From assembly GCF_006345805.1 (NCBI RefSeq), contig NC_043003.1, positions 102,858,001 to 102,922,000 on the forward strand: a stretch of 64,000 nt of DNA, given 5' to 3'. This document shows, piece after piece, positions 51,961 to 64,000 of the stretch (positions are counted from its first letter, which is position 1; every line of letters begins with the position of its first letter). Below the pieces are notes generated by a model that ran no database searches, was not told the origin of the DNA, and saw only the letters and a program-made list of their open reading frames with translations. A program made the position numbers and the translations under genes. This stretch comes from Octopus sinensis (Eukaryota).

Positions 51961-52834
51961 GTTTATTTCTATCTTCATAGCATAAATAAATAAATAATAT
52001 ATCTTTTTTTTTATAAACATAAATCTGTCCTCAAATATCTTATGCGCCATTGTGATACAGTATCGCTCAAACTATCGGATGTTGTTACACACCACCAATC
52101 ATGATGCACTTACTCACTGTGTTGTAGCCTCCAGATAATCTCACGCCACTGCTTATGTAGACAGGCCAATATTCTCGCTGCGTACAAAGCCAGTCCGTCA
52201 CAGGGTTACCCATTTACAGCTAAGTGGACTGGAGCAATGTGAAATGAAGTGTCTCAGTTTGACTCCTTACACACAACACACTCACACACAGACACAGTCT
52301 CTCTCTCCCCCTCTCTCCCACGCTCTCTGTCTCTCTCTCATACTCTTTATTTCTTTCTCATTTTGTCACCAGTAATTTAACAGTTACATTAATCTCATTA
52401 TTCTGGGTGGAGTTGCAACTGTCTTCCTATGATTATCTTATCAAAAAATACTGTACAAACTAAATTAAACTGTATTGGATCACACTAAATGAGCCAACAA
52501 GAGGCCCTCAACATGGTTGATCAATCAGCTAGAGAGAGCAGACATTATTTTCTTATATTACACTCTATCAACTTAGAAATAGAGACTCATTAATTGGATA
52601 ATGTATTCCTAAGTGGATTTTGTCTGAAATTAAACGAATACAAGATGGTGTCATTTAGGATTGCTTTAATCATAATTCTACACAATCAGAACTGACCGAA
52701 GAGTAACCATCGCCACCTATTACACCAACCCCAGTATATGACTAGTACATTATTTTATCAACCCTGAAAGAAATACAGCTAAGCATTTTGCCCGATATGC
52801 TTGTTTTCCTGCCAGCTTACAACCTTAAAAATAA

Positions 52835-52844
52835 TAATAGCAAT

Positions 52845-52908
<64 letters not shown>

Positions 52909-52935
52909 GTAATAATAATAATAATAATAATAGTA
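52835..52935. repeat. (TAA)n microsatellite
   Basis: Direct reading. Confidence 0.97.
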
Positions 52936-53229
52936 ATATCTCCATGTGACTGGTTGCATTCCCAAGACCTTTTGTATATTCCATAAGCAAATTATGAATA
53001 TTAACATTAATAAATAAATCCAAGCTTCCTGAAACAGCTGTCAAGTTAAGATATTATGTATTTTCTTAGTATTCTGTACATTGTTTTGCACTGAGTAAAT
53101 CTATTTGTATATATATATGTATATATATGTGTTTATCTTTCTGAATATATGTAGATATATACATCAATGTGTATGTATATATGTGCCATTCAAAAAGTCT
53201 CTTCACCTGGGGCAGACTTTTTAAATGTG

Positions 53230-53640
53230 CAGGCATGGCTGTGTGGTAAGTAGCTTGCTTACCAACCACATTATTCCAGGTACAGTCCCACTGCATGGCA
53301 CCTTGGGCAAGTGTCTTCTACTATAACCTCAGGCTGGTCAAAACCCTGTAAGTTGATTTGGCAGATGGAAACTGAAAGTAGCCTGTTGTATATATATGTA
53401 TGTGTTTGTGTGGATGTGTGTCTCCGTGTCTGTGTTTGTACCCCTGTCACTGTTTGACGACCAGTGTACATGTGTTTATGTTTCTGTAAATTAGCAGTTC
53501 AGCAAAGGAGTCTGACAGAATAAATACTATGCTTAAAAAATAAGTTCCCAGGTCAATTTGTTCAACTAAAACCCTTCAAGACATTGCTCCAGCATGGCTA
53601 CAGTCAAATACTGAAACAGGTAAAAGAATATAAGAATAAA
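53230..53640 (+). mobile_element. SINE family K, full length
   Basis: gcaggcatggctgtgtggtaagtagcttgc...ccttgggcaagtgtc...actgaaacaggtaaaagaat. Confidence 0.85.
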
Positions 53641-53649
53641 AGTATGTAT

Positions 53650-54420
53650 ATTGGGTCATCCAATAAATAATGTGGTTTTTGGAATTGCATGAACTAAAAG
53701 TCGGCAGGGGACAGGATACACTACCTACATCAACTTGCTATAAAAATAGGTAGTAATTTTATCTTGTTCTTATTTTTAGCGCAAGTTTTGAAGAGTGCAG
53801 TTCGATTTTAACAGTTATTTTTTCAAAGTTATAATGGAAGGGACAAAGGAGCATATTCGGAAAATGCAAGGAATATTAATGCAGTGTATGGGGATCGGAC
53901 AATAAGCGTAAGCCAGTGTCAACGGTAGTTCCAGAAATTCCAAGCTGGAAACTACAGCCTAGAAGACAAGCCTCATCCTGGAAAATCTGTAGAGCTTAGC
54001 AAGGACGTCCTTCAAACCCCGGCGGAACAAAATCTCATCGTAACTTTTAAAGAACTGGCAGAGAAGCTTGGATTTGGTCATTTAATCATTCAATGATACC
54101 TGTGTGCCATCAGAAAAGTCAGCAAATTGAGTCAATGGGTTCCTCACAAACTTTCTGAGTCTAATCATGCGCAGAGAGTGAATGTGTGCTCTTCTCCGCT
54201 GTCATGTCTCACGAATGAATCGTTTTTGGACAAAATAGAAACGTGTGATGAGAAATGGGTTCTCTATAAAAAGGTCAAGTGCCGAAGACAATGGGTAGGG
54301 AAAGGAGAAACACTGGCACCCCAGGCTAAAGAACGTCTTCATCGACATAAGGTATTGTTACCTGTTTGGTGGGATATGAAACGTTTAGTCCACTTTGAAC
54401 TTTTAAACCCAAACCAAAAC
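53650..54420 (+). mobile_element. mariner 5' two-thirds
   Basis: ta|ttgggtcatccaataaataatg TIR. Motifs WVPHKLSE, IETCDEKWVLY and VWWDMK. Confidence 0.88.
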
Positions 54421-54659
54421 GATAACAATGGACACACAACAGACAGCCACTCTACCAAAATTATTACTATAAATTCTTCCTATGACCTTAAGGAACACAC
54501 ACATACATAAACAGCCACAACCATACACATATACACACACATGCACATACACGTGCAATCATTACACACACACAGACCTGCGTGCACGTACATACCCACA
54601 TATACCTCCTTCTCTTGCACACTCTTCTCTTAGAAAGAACTTTTCCTTCACCTATTCCC

Positions 54660-54860
54660 TTTCGGTCATTTCAATATGTGACTGCGTGTGTATCGTTGGC
54701 GATTTTCTTTCTCTGTCTTCCCTTCTTTGGACTTTTTCAATATTTCTGATGAAGAACTCCGTACGAAACGTGAAATCCTCTTTCTTATCTTTCCTTCATC
54801 AGGTTGTGACACTCCTGTCACAACCTGGGACCTTCAAGACTGCTATAATGCAAAAAAGTA
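54660..54860 (+). mobile_element. PLE terminal repeat with minimal hammerhead (54742-54776)
   Basis: ATTT-CTGATGA-AGAAC TCC GTAC-GAAA-CGT-G-AAAT. Canonical core, but N17=G and one stem II mismatch. Confidence 0.65.
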
Positions 54861-55149
54861 TACTAGTCCCTGAATATTTTATATTCAATATTTCATCTAT
54901 TCAATAAGACAATCGATACTTCATTTCATTTCATTTTACTATATGTATTATTTTTATTTATATATTCTATATTCTACATTAATATTATAAAGAATATAAA
55001 TAAAACATAAAAAACAGAGTTGGAATTTCTTTGAATAATATATGTCCCTCTATACACAATCATACAAAGCCCTTTATATATATACATACATACATATATA
55101 TATACATATATTTCTATGTGTGTATTTTTGTGTTTGTCTTCCCCCTTCC

Positions 55150-55545
55150 CACCACTTGACAACCATTGTTAGTTTGTTTACGCCCTTGTAACTTAACAGT
55201 TCAGCTAAAGTGACTGATAGAATAAGTACCAAGTTTGAAAACAAGTGCTGGAGTTGGCTTGTTTAACTAAACCCTTTAAAGTGATTCCCCAGCATGGTTG
55301 CATTCCAATGGCTGTAAGAAGTAAACAAATAAAAGTTAAAAGAAGATTGAAAGATTGTGTTGGGACCTCCCAAAAATAAATAACACTCAGTATATAGTGT
55401 AAAGTGGTTGACATTAGGAAGGGCATGTAGCCATAGAATCTTTGCCAAAGCTGATGTTGTAGACCAACACAGCCCTCAAGCTTGTCAGATGCTGTTCAAG
55501 TGGCCAACCCATAATAGCATCGAGTACAGATGTTAAATGAACGAT
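55150..55545 (+). mobile_element. SINE family K 3' half followed by an RTE-like tail
   Basis: cttgacaacc...gatagaataagtacc, then gtggttgacattaggaagggcatgtagcc...ccaacccataatagcat. Confidence 0.65.
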
Positions 55546-56259
55546 GAGTTCCATAGCCGTCTGTTATTTACATGTAGCTTGCTTTATCATAAAGCTCTGT
55601 TAGATATTTTCTCCATCAGTTTAAGGCAGCTCCAATGCAAAAGAAAGTTAGAAATGATTTCCCTGTTTCTCAATTAAGACTCTCCATTCATTTCCATTAC
55701 TTGACATTTTACTGTTCATGTCGTTATTACTTTATTGCTTATTTTTATTATTTGTATCATTTGAATCGTTAAAAAAAGATTATTCCAATTTTCTGTTAAA
55801 AAATCGTTATTTGTTTCTTCTTGTGAAACAAATGTATTCTACTGAAGAATTCATTTTCTTTTTTTAATGTCCACTCTTTGTAGATATGTGCTTGTTTTCA
55901 TTTGTAATTGTTATTATTGTTGTTATTTTTGTTGTTGTTGTTATGGGGGGGGGGCATTTTGTTTGTTTACAAGTAGTAGAAAAGAAAAAAAAACATTTCT
56001 TTACAAACCAATTTTTTCCTTTTACCCCCCAGCATGGAAGAATTAATGCATACGATTAGATTCCTATTTCCTTATTAAATATGTTATCCCCATCTAGTTT
56101 CACCTGGTGATAATCCATCATGCAGGAGAGCTAAGTGAATATCTTGAAGCACCACCACTACCACTACTACCACCAACATTACCACTACCAACGCTACAAC
56201 CACCAACACTACAAACATCACCACAATCATCACCAACACTACCACCAACAACCATACCA

Positions 56260-57349
56260 CCACTACTACAACAACAACCTTTTTATTGGGCACACTGGCC
56301 CATAGAGTTAATACAAAATCAACATCAGACGTTTATGGTGACGATGAACCATCATAGGACATAATCAAATACTGGCATCGCCAGTTCAAATGTGGTCGGA
56401 TATCAGTGGAAGCTGCTCCTATTCTTGAACGACCACATTCCGCCATTGATAACGACACCATCCATAAAGTGGAAGCCGCCACCTTGGAAGATAGTCGCAT
56501 AACTATTCAGCAAGTAGCCCAAGAAGTGAAGATAAGTGTAAGATCCATAGAAAAAAATCATTCACGGCCATTTGCACAAGCGGAAATTGTCTGCGTGATG
56601 GATTACCCGGATGTTAACATCTTTTCAGAAGCAGAAACGAGTCAATCGTCCCCAGGCTCTTTTTGGCAATATGCCAAGAAAACGAGGACTTTTTCAGCAA
56701 ACTTATCACACAGGATGAAATATGGGTCCATCAGTATGATCCTGAAGTCGAAGCAATGGAAGCATGATAACTCACCACCTTCAAAGAAGGCTCATGTCTA
56801 ACCCTCAGCAGACAAGATGGTGCTCATAGTCTTTTGGGACTAACACGGAGTAATGATGATAGATTTTCTGACAAAGGGTACCACAATTAACTATGCTTCT
56901 CTGCTGCAGAAATTGCGGGATACCATCAAAGCAAAAAGGTATGGCATGCTGACCAAAGAAATCCGCCTCCTCCAAGACAACACCTCAGTTGACAATGCAC
57001 ATATTGCCCAGATGAAAGCACACTTCTGCGGCTATGAAATCCTTCCTTATCTCCCTTATTCTCCTGACCTCGCACCATCTGACTTCCACCACTTTCCAAC
57101 CATGAGGTCTTTTTTGAAGGAGAACTACTTTTCGGATAATGATTAACTTATTTCCAAGGTAAAGTCTTGGTTCCAGACACAATCTACAGACTTCTACTGA
57201 CGAGGTCTTCACAGCTGCATAAAGCGATGGGAGAAGTGTGTCACCATTGGTGGTGGCTATGTAGAGAAGGACTTATAGATATACCAAGTTTTGTTTATCC
57301 CAGTTCTTTGGAAGTGGGCCAGGGGAAATATTTAATGAACACTCCCTCG
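56260..57349 (+). mobile_element. mariner, degenerate, 5' end disrupted by CCA/CAA repeats
   Basis: 3' TIR atatttaatgaacactccctcg|ta. Motifs YWHRQFKCGR, ITQDEIWVHQYDPE, LLQDNTSVD and PYSPDLAPSDFHHF. Confidence 0.88.
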
Positions 57350-58039
57350 TATGTATGTTCTTCTCTTTCTCTTTTTAATTTTAAAATGAATTTTTACCGG
57401 ATCCCTACTCGGTAGCAAGGTTGTGAAGGAAAGTTATCTTCTTTTAACCATCATTCTTTAAATTTTAAGAAGGTTTTGCAGACTTTTATCGTCCCAGATA
57501 TCATGGTCATTTGTAGCATATGAATTAAGGATTTGCATTCTCTCCCCAAGATCCCATTTTCACACATACTTTGCTCTGCATGGGTTGGTATGTATGTATG
57601 TATGTATGTATGTATGTATGTATGTATGTGTGTATGTGTGTATGTATGGAAGACGAATTAACATTGATGGTGCAGTGTCTCTCTCTTTGAGTCCTACAAG
57701 TCTGTGAGATGCCCAAGTACCATCAGTCATGCCATAGACTAAAAGGGGCCCAAATTAAGGGTTTAGTATATCTAGGTTAGTTCTAGTGTATTTACTACCA
57801 CTGTTTGCTTGCTCCATGCTGAATATCAATGAAGTCAATACAAAGATCGATAAGAGATATAACAGTGCTGTGATCGTGTGGCAGGCAGTGTGTATCTAGG
57901 TTAGGGAAATATCGATGTTATAACAAGACAAAGAGCTAGCAACATTGATTGCTATATAACGTTCTTTTGTATTGGATCTCACTGCTGCTTCCAAACGATG
58001 TTGGCGGCGGAGACTAGGAATGTGGGTGTGGCGTGGGCA

Positions 58040-58370
58040 ACGGGGAAGTGATGCTGCTGTTGTTGTTATTGTTGCTGTTGTTGGTAGTTGTGGTGATTGT
58101 GGTGGTGGTGGTGTTAGTGGTGGTGGTGGTAGTGGTGGTGATGTTGCTGCTGCTGCTGATGATGATTATGATAATGAGGAGGAGGAGGGGAGAAGAAGGA
58201 GGAGGAGGATGGCAATGATAATGGCGATGGTGATGATGATGATGATCAAGATAGGGATGATGATGAAAAAGAAGATGGCAATGAGGATGAGGGAGATGAC
58301 GGTGGGGTGATGTTGAATGATGAAGATGAAGAGGAGGGGAATGAGGATGATGATGATGTGGGGAAGGAGA
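58040..58370. repeat. Compound GTT/GGT/GAT/GAG trinucleotide tract
   Basis: Direct reading. Confidence 0.9.
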
Positions 58371-59317
58371 TGTAGGTGTGTAATGTGGGGGAGGTCGAAT
58401 TGTCAGAGGCAGAATGATGGTGTAGTTGTATGGGGTGGGGTGCAAGAGTGCGTGTGTGTGTTTTTGTGCGTGCGTTCGCGCGCTTATGAATGTGCGAGTG
58501 TGTAGTAATAATTATGTGTATGTACATTGGTATGACTGCGTGTTAGATTAGAGTGTGTCAATGTGTGCATGTGTGTATCTACGTATTTATGTGTGTGTGT
58601 TTGAGACAGTATATGTGTTTGTTTGTGTGTGTCTGTGTGTGTGTTTATGGGGAGGTGCGCACATGTATGGAGCAGAGAGTGAAAGTATGTATAAAAAGGG
58701 TATAGAATGTGTGTATGCTTAAGGAGGCGATGGAATGGTTGGTGGATGAAAGTACTGAGATGTATGTGTGCATAAGTGTGTGTATATGTCCGTCCGTGCG
58801 TGAGAATGCATGTGCATGTGTGTGTCTGTAAGTATGCATGCATATGTGTGCACGCGCGCGTGTGTGAAAGCATCGTTTTTTGCCTTTCCCTTCAAAACAC
58901 ATTTTATTCAAGCATTACTGTAAATGAAATTCTCTTTGGAGTACTAATAAAATCAACTATAAATGCCTAAAGAGAGGTTGCCCTCAATGTCCGGCGGTGG
59001 ACAACAGAAAAAAAGTAGTTTCTTTCAAAATTTAATTCACACATATTACCTTCCATATCCAAAATGGCTACCATACATAATTACACTACACGACTGAACA
59101 CGGCAATGACTAAAACATGGCACAAAGCGAAGAAAAGACGCCACTGAATGTAGGAAGAAGACAAGGAACCGTATAAGGAACAATTAAGAGAATAAAATGG
59201 TCCAAATATTCAAATAAGTTAGTATAATACAACGACAATAAGAAGAAGTGCAATTACTGTAGCGACTCTCATACAAAGTCAAATTCTGCAGCCCGATTAT
59301 ATAATAAACTGTGTGAA

Positions 59318-59526
59318 GGCGACGAGCTGGGCGAAATGCATAGCGGTATTTCGTCTGCCGTTACGTTCTGAGTTCAAATTCCGCCGAGGTCGGCTTTGCC
59401 TTTCATCCTTTCGGGGTCGATAAATTTAGTACCAGTTACGCACTGGAGTCGATGTAATCGACTTAATCTGTTTGTCTGTCCTTGTTTGTCCACTCTGTTT
59501 AACCCCTTGTGGGAAAAAAAGAAATA
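59318..59526 (+). mobile_element. SINE family M with long TSD
   Basis: 23-bp direct repeat tatataataaactgtgtgaaggc at 59298-59320 and 59527-59549. Confidence 0.9.
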
Positions 59527-60809
59527 TATATAATAAACTGTGTGAAGGCAATCCTTCCGTTAATACAAAATGGACTAACGGAACTTTTAGACCTATCACA
59601 CTTGCAAGAAGGAAAAATGTAAGCAAGGGGATTTCGCAAAACCAAACAGAATTGCTTTGCCACAGGAATTAATCCAGAAGACGGCAATGGGTAAAAATTC
59701 CATATCTCTGCTTATAGAAAGACAGAAGCGTATTAAATCTTCCTCACATCAAGTAGTACAACAGACTCCCCAGAACATATTAGGAGTTCTCTCAACTAAA
59801 AAAAATGCAAAAGCTATGGCACTATCTGCTATACCTTTAAAACCGAAAGCCGCTAAAACAGGCTGAAATTGTCAGACATACTTATGACTATGCATGTGTG
59901 CCCCTGTAGAGGGGTCAATGAAATACAAGAGTGATGATAAGAGACATTGGATACAATGTAGACCGATAGTTAACAGTGACTTTTGTGTTACATTATGTGG
60001 AAGTTGCCAAAGCAGGCTTAACGAAAAATGCGATCGCGTAGAGGGGAATCAAAATGATCTTGTAAATCCTAATGTCCTCCCACCAAAAGCCTCACATCCG
60101 TACCAGAACTGAGCTGAGTAGAAGGCACTGAGGCGAAGAGTATTAGATGAATGATACGGTGCAGAAAGTCTAGTTGCTACATTCGTCAAAGCAAAACACC
60201 TCTTGCAGCTGAATTCTCGGGAAAATGGAACGATTAAGAAAAGAAAAAAAACATAAGGAAAACGAAAGTATAGGAGAGCAAAAGGAACAATAAATCCTAA
60301 TTTCCAGAACACGAATACCAGAAAAAGATGAATAATCAACTCGTCTCCTGTCTGTAGTACCGCATCAAGCGATGACAATCCGCAAACAATCGATAAAAAT
60401 ACGAAAGAAAAATAGGGAAAATCAGAACAAATGAAGATTCAACATAAAACACTGCAAAAGACGTAAGAAAGAAAAATGTCTTCCATGTGACAACGAAATC
60501 TCGCCTCGGGAAAATAAGAGAAAAAAATGAAGCGGACGAATATTCCCCGTTCTTCGAAAATCAAACAAAACAGCAGACGAAATCATACGTCTCTGGTGCT
60601 ACGGACTCTAAAGCTGTTCGAGTAACACAGAAAGAATTGGGTTCAGAATATAAACAATATGGAAAAGATTGATTTCTAATCAAATTAAAATTTGTACATA
60701 ATAGCCTCAAAATGTTGGTGACTTTCAGCACTAAATTCCACAAAAAGTGTTTAGTGGTGCATTTAGGTGGCACTCAAACGAATCTGAAGGATGGTTAAGT
60801 GAATGCAAC

Positions 60810-62260
60810 TATGTGTATGCATACATACAGCATTTGTTCTGGTTCTTAATACTCTAGGTTTAAATTCTGCCGATGTCAACTTTGCCGCTCGCATTTTTGG
60901 AGTCAATGAAATACAGTACCAGTCAGGTACTGGGGTCGATATAATAGACTTGCCTCCCACCTCCTTAAAACTGGTAGCCTTGTGCCAAAATATGAAACGA
61001 TTATTAATGTATTATTGACAGCAGTGTATAAGTGAGTTAGTAGAATAACAGAGGGACAAAATCCCTTTTGTATATAGTTGTACCCTTCTACATTCGGCGT
61101 TCAAATCCCACCAGGATTAACTTCTCATTTCTCCTAAAGTCAATACGAAATAAATCAGTCATATAGTGATTACATGCCTTCACGCTGCTCACTAATTTGA
61201 AGGGATGTAATTGATTAACTAAATACGTAAGGTTTTTCTGCTCTACTAAGTCCTGCTGTTAGTCAGCAACAAATTAACTACTTCAATCATAGGCAAGAAG
61301 CCAGAAATATGGAGGAGGGTGTTGATTGATATCATCATCCCAATTACTTGACTGGTATTTTATTTAAGGGACCCTAGAAGAATGAGAGGCAAAGTTGACC
61401 TTGAGGAAATATTGACTCAGAACATAAAGTTCATAAGAAGTCAGAAGAAATATCGCAAAGCGTTTTGTCTGATACGCTAACAATTTTACCAGTTTGTTGT
61501 CTTCATGAAAATTATAATAATAATTCTTTCTACTTTGGGTACAAAGCCTGAAATTTTAGGGGAGGGAAGTCAATTACATCGACCTCGAAAGTATGAAAGG
61601 CAGAGTTGAATTTGAAATCTGAACGTACAGCCGGAAAAATACCACAAGACGTTTTCTCCGACACGATAACGATTCTGCTAGCTCGAATAACAATAACAAT
61701 TTTTTCGTGGCGGTTGGGCCCCTCATCTGGGATGCCACATGCTGTGACACCTTCTCCGTGGCAACTTGGTGTGTTCAGCTACCAGACCAGGCTCCGCTGT
61801 TCCTCGTCAGACTGAGAAAAGCAAACTGTCAAAAATCAGTAACTCTCCGACAGGTTTATGATCGAGTTTTTGGCGGTGGAGACCTCCAGCGTTCTCAACC
61901 CTCGGGCCATAGCTCTACTCATCGCTATCAGGGCGGATATAGCTATCCACAAGTGTAATCCCCATGAATCAGAGTAGCTATTCCAGTGCATCTCCCTCAC
62001 CATCCTCCGGGAAAACGCTTTCCCATTCGGACTGCCGGGACCATGAGGCGGTCTGAATTACAGGAAATCGAGATTATGTAAGAATTTCGTTGCTTTTTAC
62101 ACGAATAATAAGCTTGTTCATTTTTTTTATCATTTGGTACAAAGGCAGACATTTTGAGCGAAGGTGAAGAGAAACTGAATGATTCTCAGGAGGTGGTGAG
62201 AATTTATTTCATCAACCTGGGAAAGGTAAAATGTAAAACCTTGGGTCGACCAGAGCTTTG
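60810..62260. mobile_element. Cluster of degraded family M SINEs (about 60810-61000 +, 61300-61500 -, 61520-61680 -, 62130-62260 -)
   Basis: Repeated Meta-like core gtcaactttgcc / ggcaaagttgac and tail ccttgtgccaaa / tttggtacaaagg. Confidence 0.6.
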
Positions 62261-62759
62261 ATGAGGAAACTGCATAGAAGCCCACGGGAGAGACAGCTCC
62301 TATCCTTAGGTTGTACACTAATCTAACATCCAGTTTTACAGGATTTTCATTGCAAATATGATGTCGGTAGCCTCCATCTAAATTTCTACATGGAGAAGAA
62401 TTTCTATGTAATCTCCTTCCAACTACCTAGATACAGACTAATACAAAGAAAATGTTGTTCTTTCATTCTTTTCTCTAGATATATTTTCTTTTTCATGGCT
62501 CCCCTTCTGAATAAACGGATGTTTGTATATCGTTAAAATAGTTGGAACTTCTTCAACGTGCATTGTTTATTCAAGTTAAAAGGATTAATAATGCTGTACA
62601 TTTACTGCACTGGTTTGTGTTAAATAATATATTTCAGCCTCTCCATAATAGATTACAGATATTTAGTGAAAAAATATGTATATAAATACATTCCTATTTT
62701 AAAAGTACATGTGCGCGCGTGCGTATACGTATGTATGTGATGTGTGCATGTATGTATGT

Positions 62760-63020
62760 CATAATCGTCGTCGTCGTCATCATCATCATCATCATCATTC
62801 ATCATCATCATCATCATCATCATCATCGTCATAATTTACCTTCCGTTTTCCATGCTGGCAAGGGTTGAAGGGTTTGATAGCCGGCAAGCCGGAGAGCTGT
62901 TTTGGCAGGACTTCCACAACTTAATACCCTTCCTAACGCCAACCACATTTTACAGAATGTACAGGGTGATTTTTTTATGCGGCACCAGTACAGGAACTTT
63001 TTACATGGCACCAGCACAGG
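62760..63020 (-). mobile_element. RTE-like 3' tail with (CAT)n
   Basis: ccgttttccatgctggcaagggttg...cccttcctaacgccaaccac...ttttacatggcacc. Confidence 0.75.
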
Positions 63021-63204
63021 TGTGCATAGAGATATGTATGTATGTATGTTTGTTTGTATGTATGTATATGTGTGTATATATATATATATATCATATATAT
63101 ATGTTGTATATATATATATGTATGTATATGTATATATATGTATATATATATGTATATATATATATATATATATACATATATGTATGTATATATATATATA
63201 TATA

Positions 63205-63282
<78 letters not shown>

Positions 63283-63298
63283 TGTATGTATGTATATA

Positions 63299-63420
63299 TC
63301 AATATCTATAAATCTGAAATGCGAAAAGTTTGTTTGTCCGGGTTTGGTATTGGAACGAGTTAAAGGGCACTAGATCCCGTCGGATTGACTCCAAAATTTA
63401 CAGGGACGTATAAAATGAGG

Positions 63421-63421
<1 letters not shown>
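63299..63421 (+). mobile_element. Helitron-like 5' end, truncated by (AT)n
   Basis: tc...ataaatctgaaatgcgaaaagtttgtttgtcc resembles non-autonomous Helitron 5' ends. Confidence 0.55.
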
Positions 63422-63469
<48 letters not shown>

Positions 63470-63839
63470 TATAATACAGATATATACACTTTGTATATAT
63501 ACATATTTATATATAGAACACACACACACATATATAAATTAACCCAATAAATATCTGATTCATAATATTTGTTCTCATGATTGTGTGGTGGTGGTGGCGA
63601 TAATAAAACTCTCTATGAATGCAGACAGACATACAGAGAGAGAGAGAGAAAGAGGGAGGCGGTGGAGGAAAGAGGGACAGCGCTGGCGAAGGCAGCGAAG
63701 GAAAGATAGTCGTATCTGTCAAACGACGTTATAGAGAGAAAGTGATGGGAAGGGAGGAAACAGAGAGAGAGACAGAGGAAGACATGCAGATAAGAGAATG
63801 AGAGGAGACTTGTCAAAGTGTGCGTTTTTTGCCATAGTA

Positions 63840-64000
63840 ACGACACCTTTTAAGATAGGGATTTCTAACCTAACCCACTCGCATCCTCACCTCATTTTAT
63901 ACGTCCCTGTAAATTTTGGAGTCAATCCGACGGGATCTAGTGCCCTTTAACTCGTTCCAATGCCAAACCCGGACAAACAAACTTTTCGCATTTCAGATTA
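63840..64000 (-). mobile_element. Second copy of the same Helitron-like 5' end, inverted, cut by the window edge
   Basis: 63889-63999 equals the reverse complement of 63311-63421 with 1 mismatch. Confidence 0.6.

Noticed and set aside
62015-62052. Minus strand catggtccc...cgaatggga resembles HDV genomic ribozyme words
   Set aside because: Only 7 nt lie between the two words, leaving no room for P3, P1' or P4. Likely chance.

Overview
AT-rich eukaryotic repeat-dominated window with no intact protein-coding gene. Its tRNA-derived SINE families and microsatellite load resemble an octopod cephalopod genome (inference from recalled families, not a database hit). Contents: three SINE families (about 30 copies), RTE-, Tx1/L1- and R4/Dong-like LINE remnants, one near full-length RTE missing its catalytic RT segment, at least six Tc1/mariner elements, non-autonomous Helitrons plus a Helitron helicase remnant, piggyBac-like and pogo-like MITEs, and several Penelope-like (PLE) fragments. 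The most notable feature is a cluster of hammerhead-ribozyme motifs at 45972-46824. It includes a complete type I hammerhead fold (46404-46461) at the apex of a near-perfect 210-bp fold-back (46179-46630). A few micro-exon candidates suggest the window may be intronic, but no host gene could be named. Most long ORFs in the supplied track are translated microsatellites.
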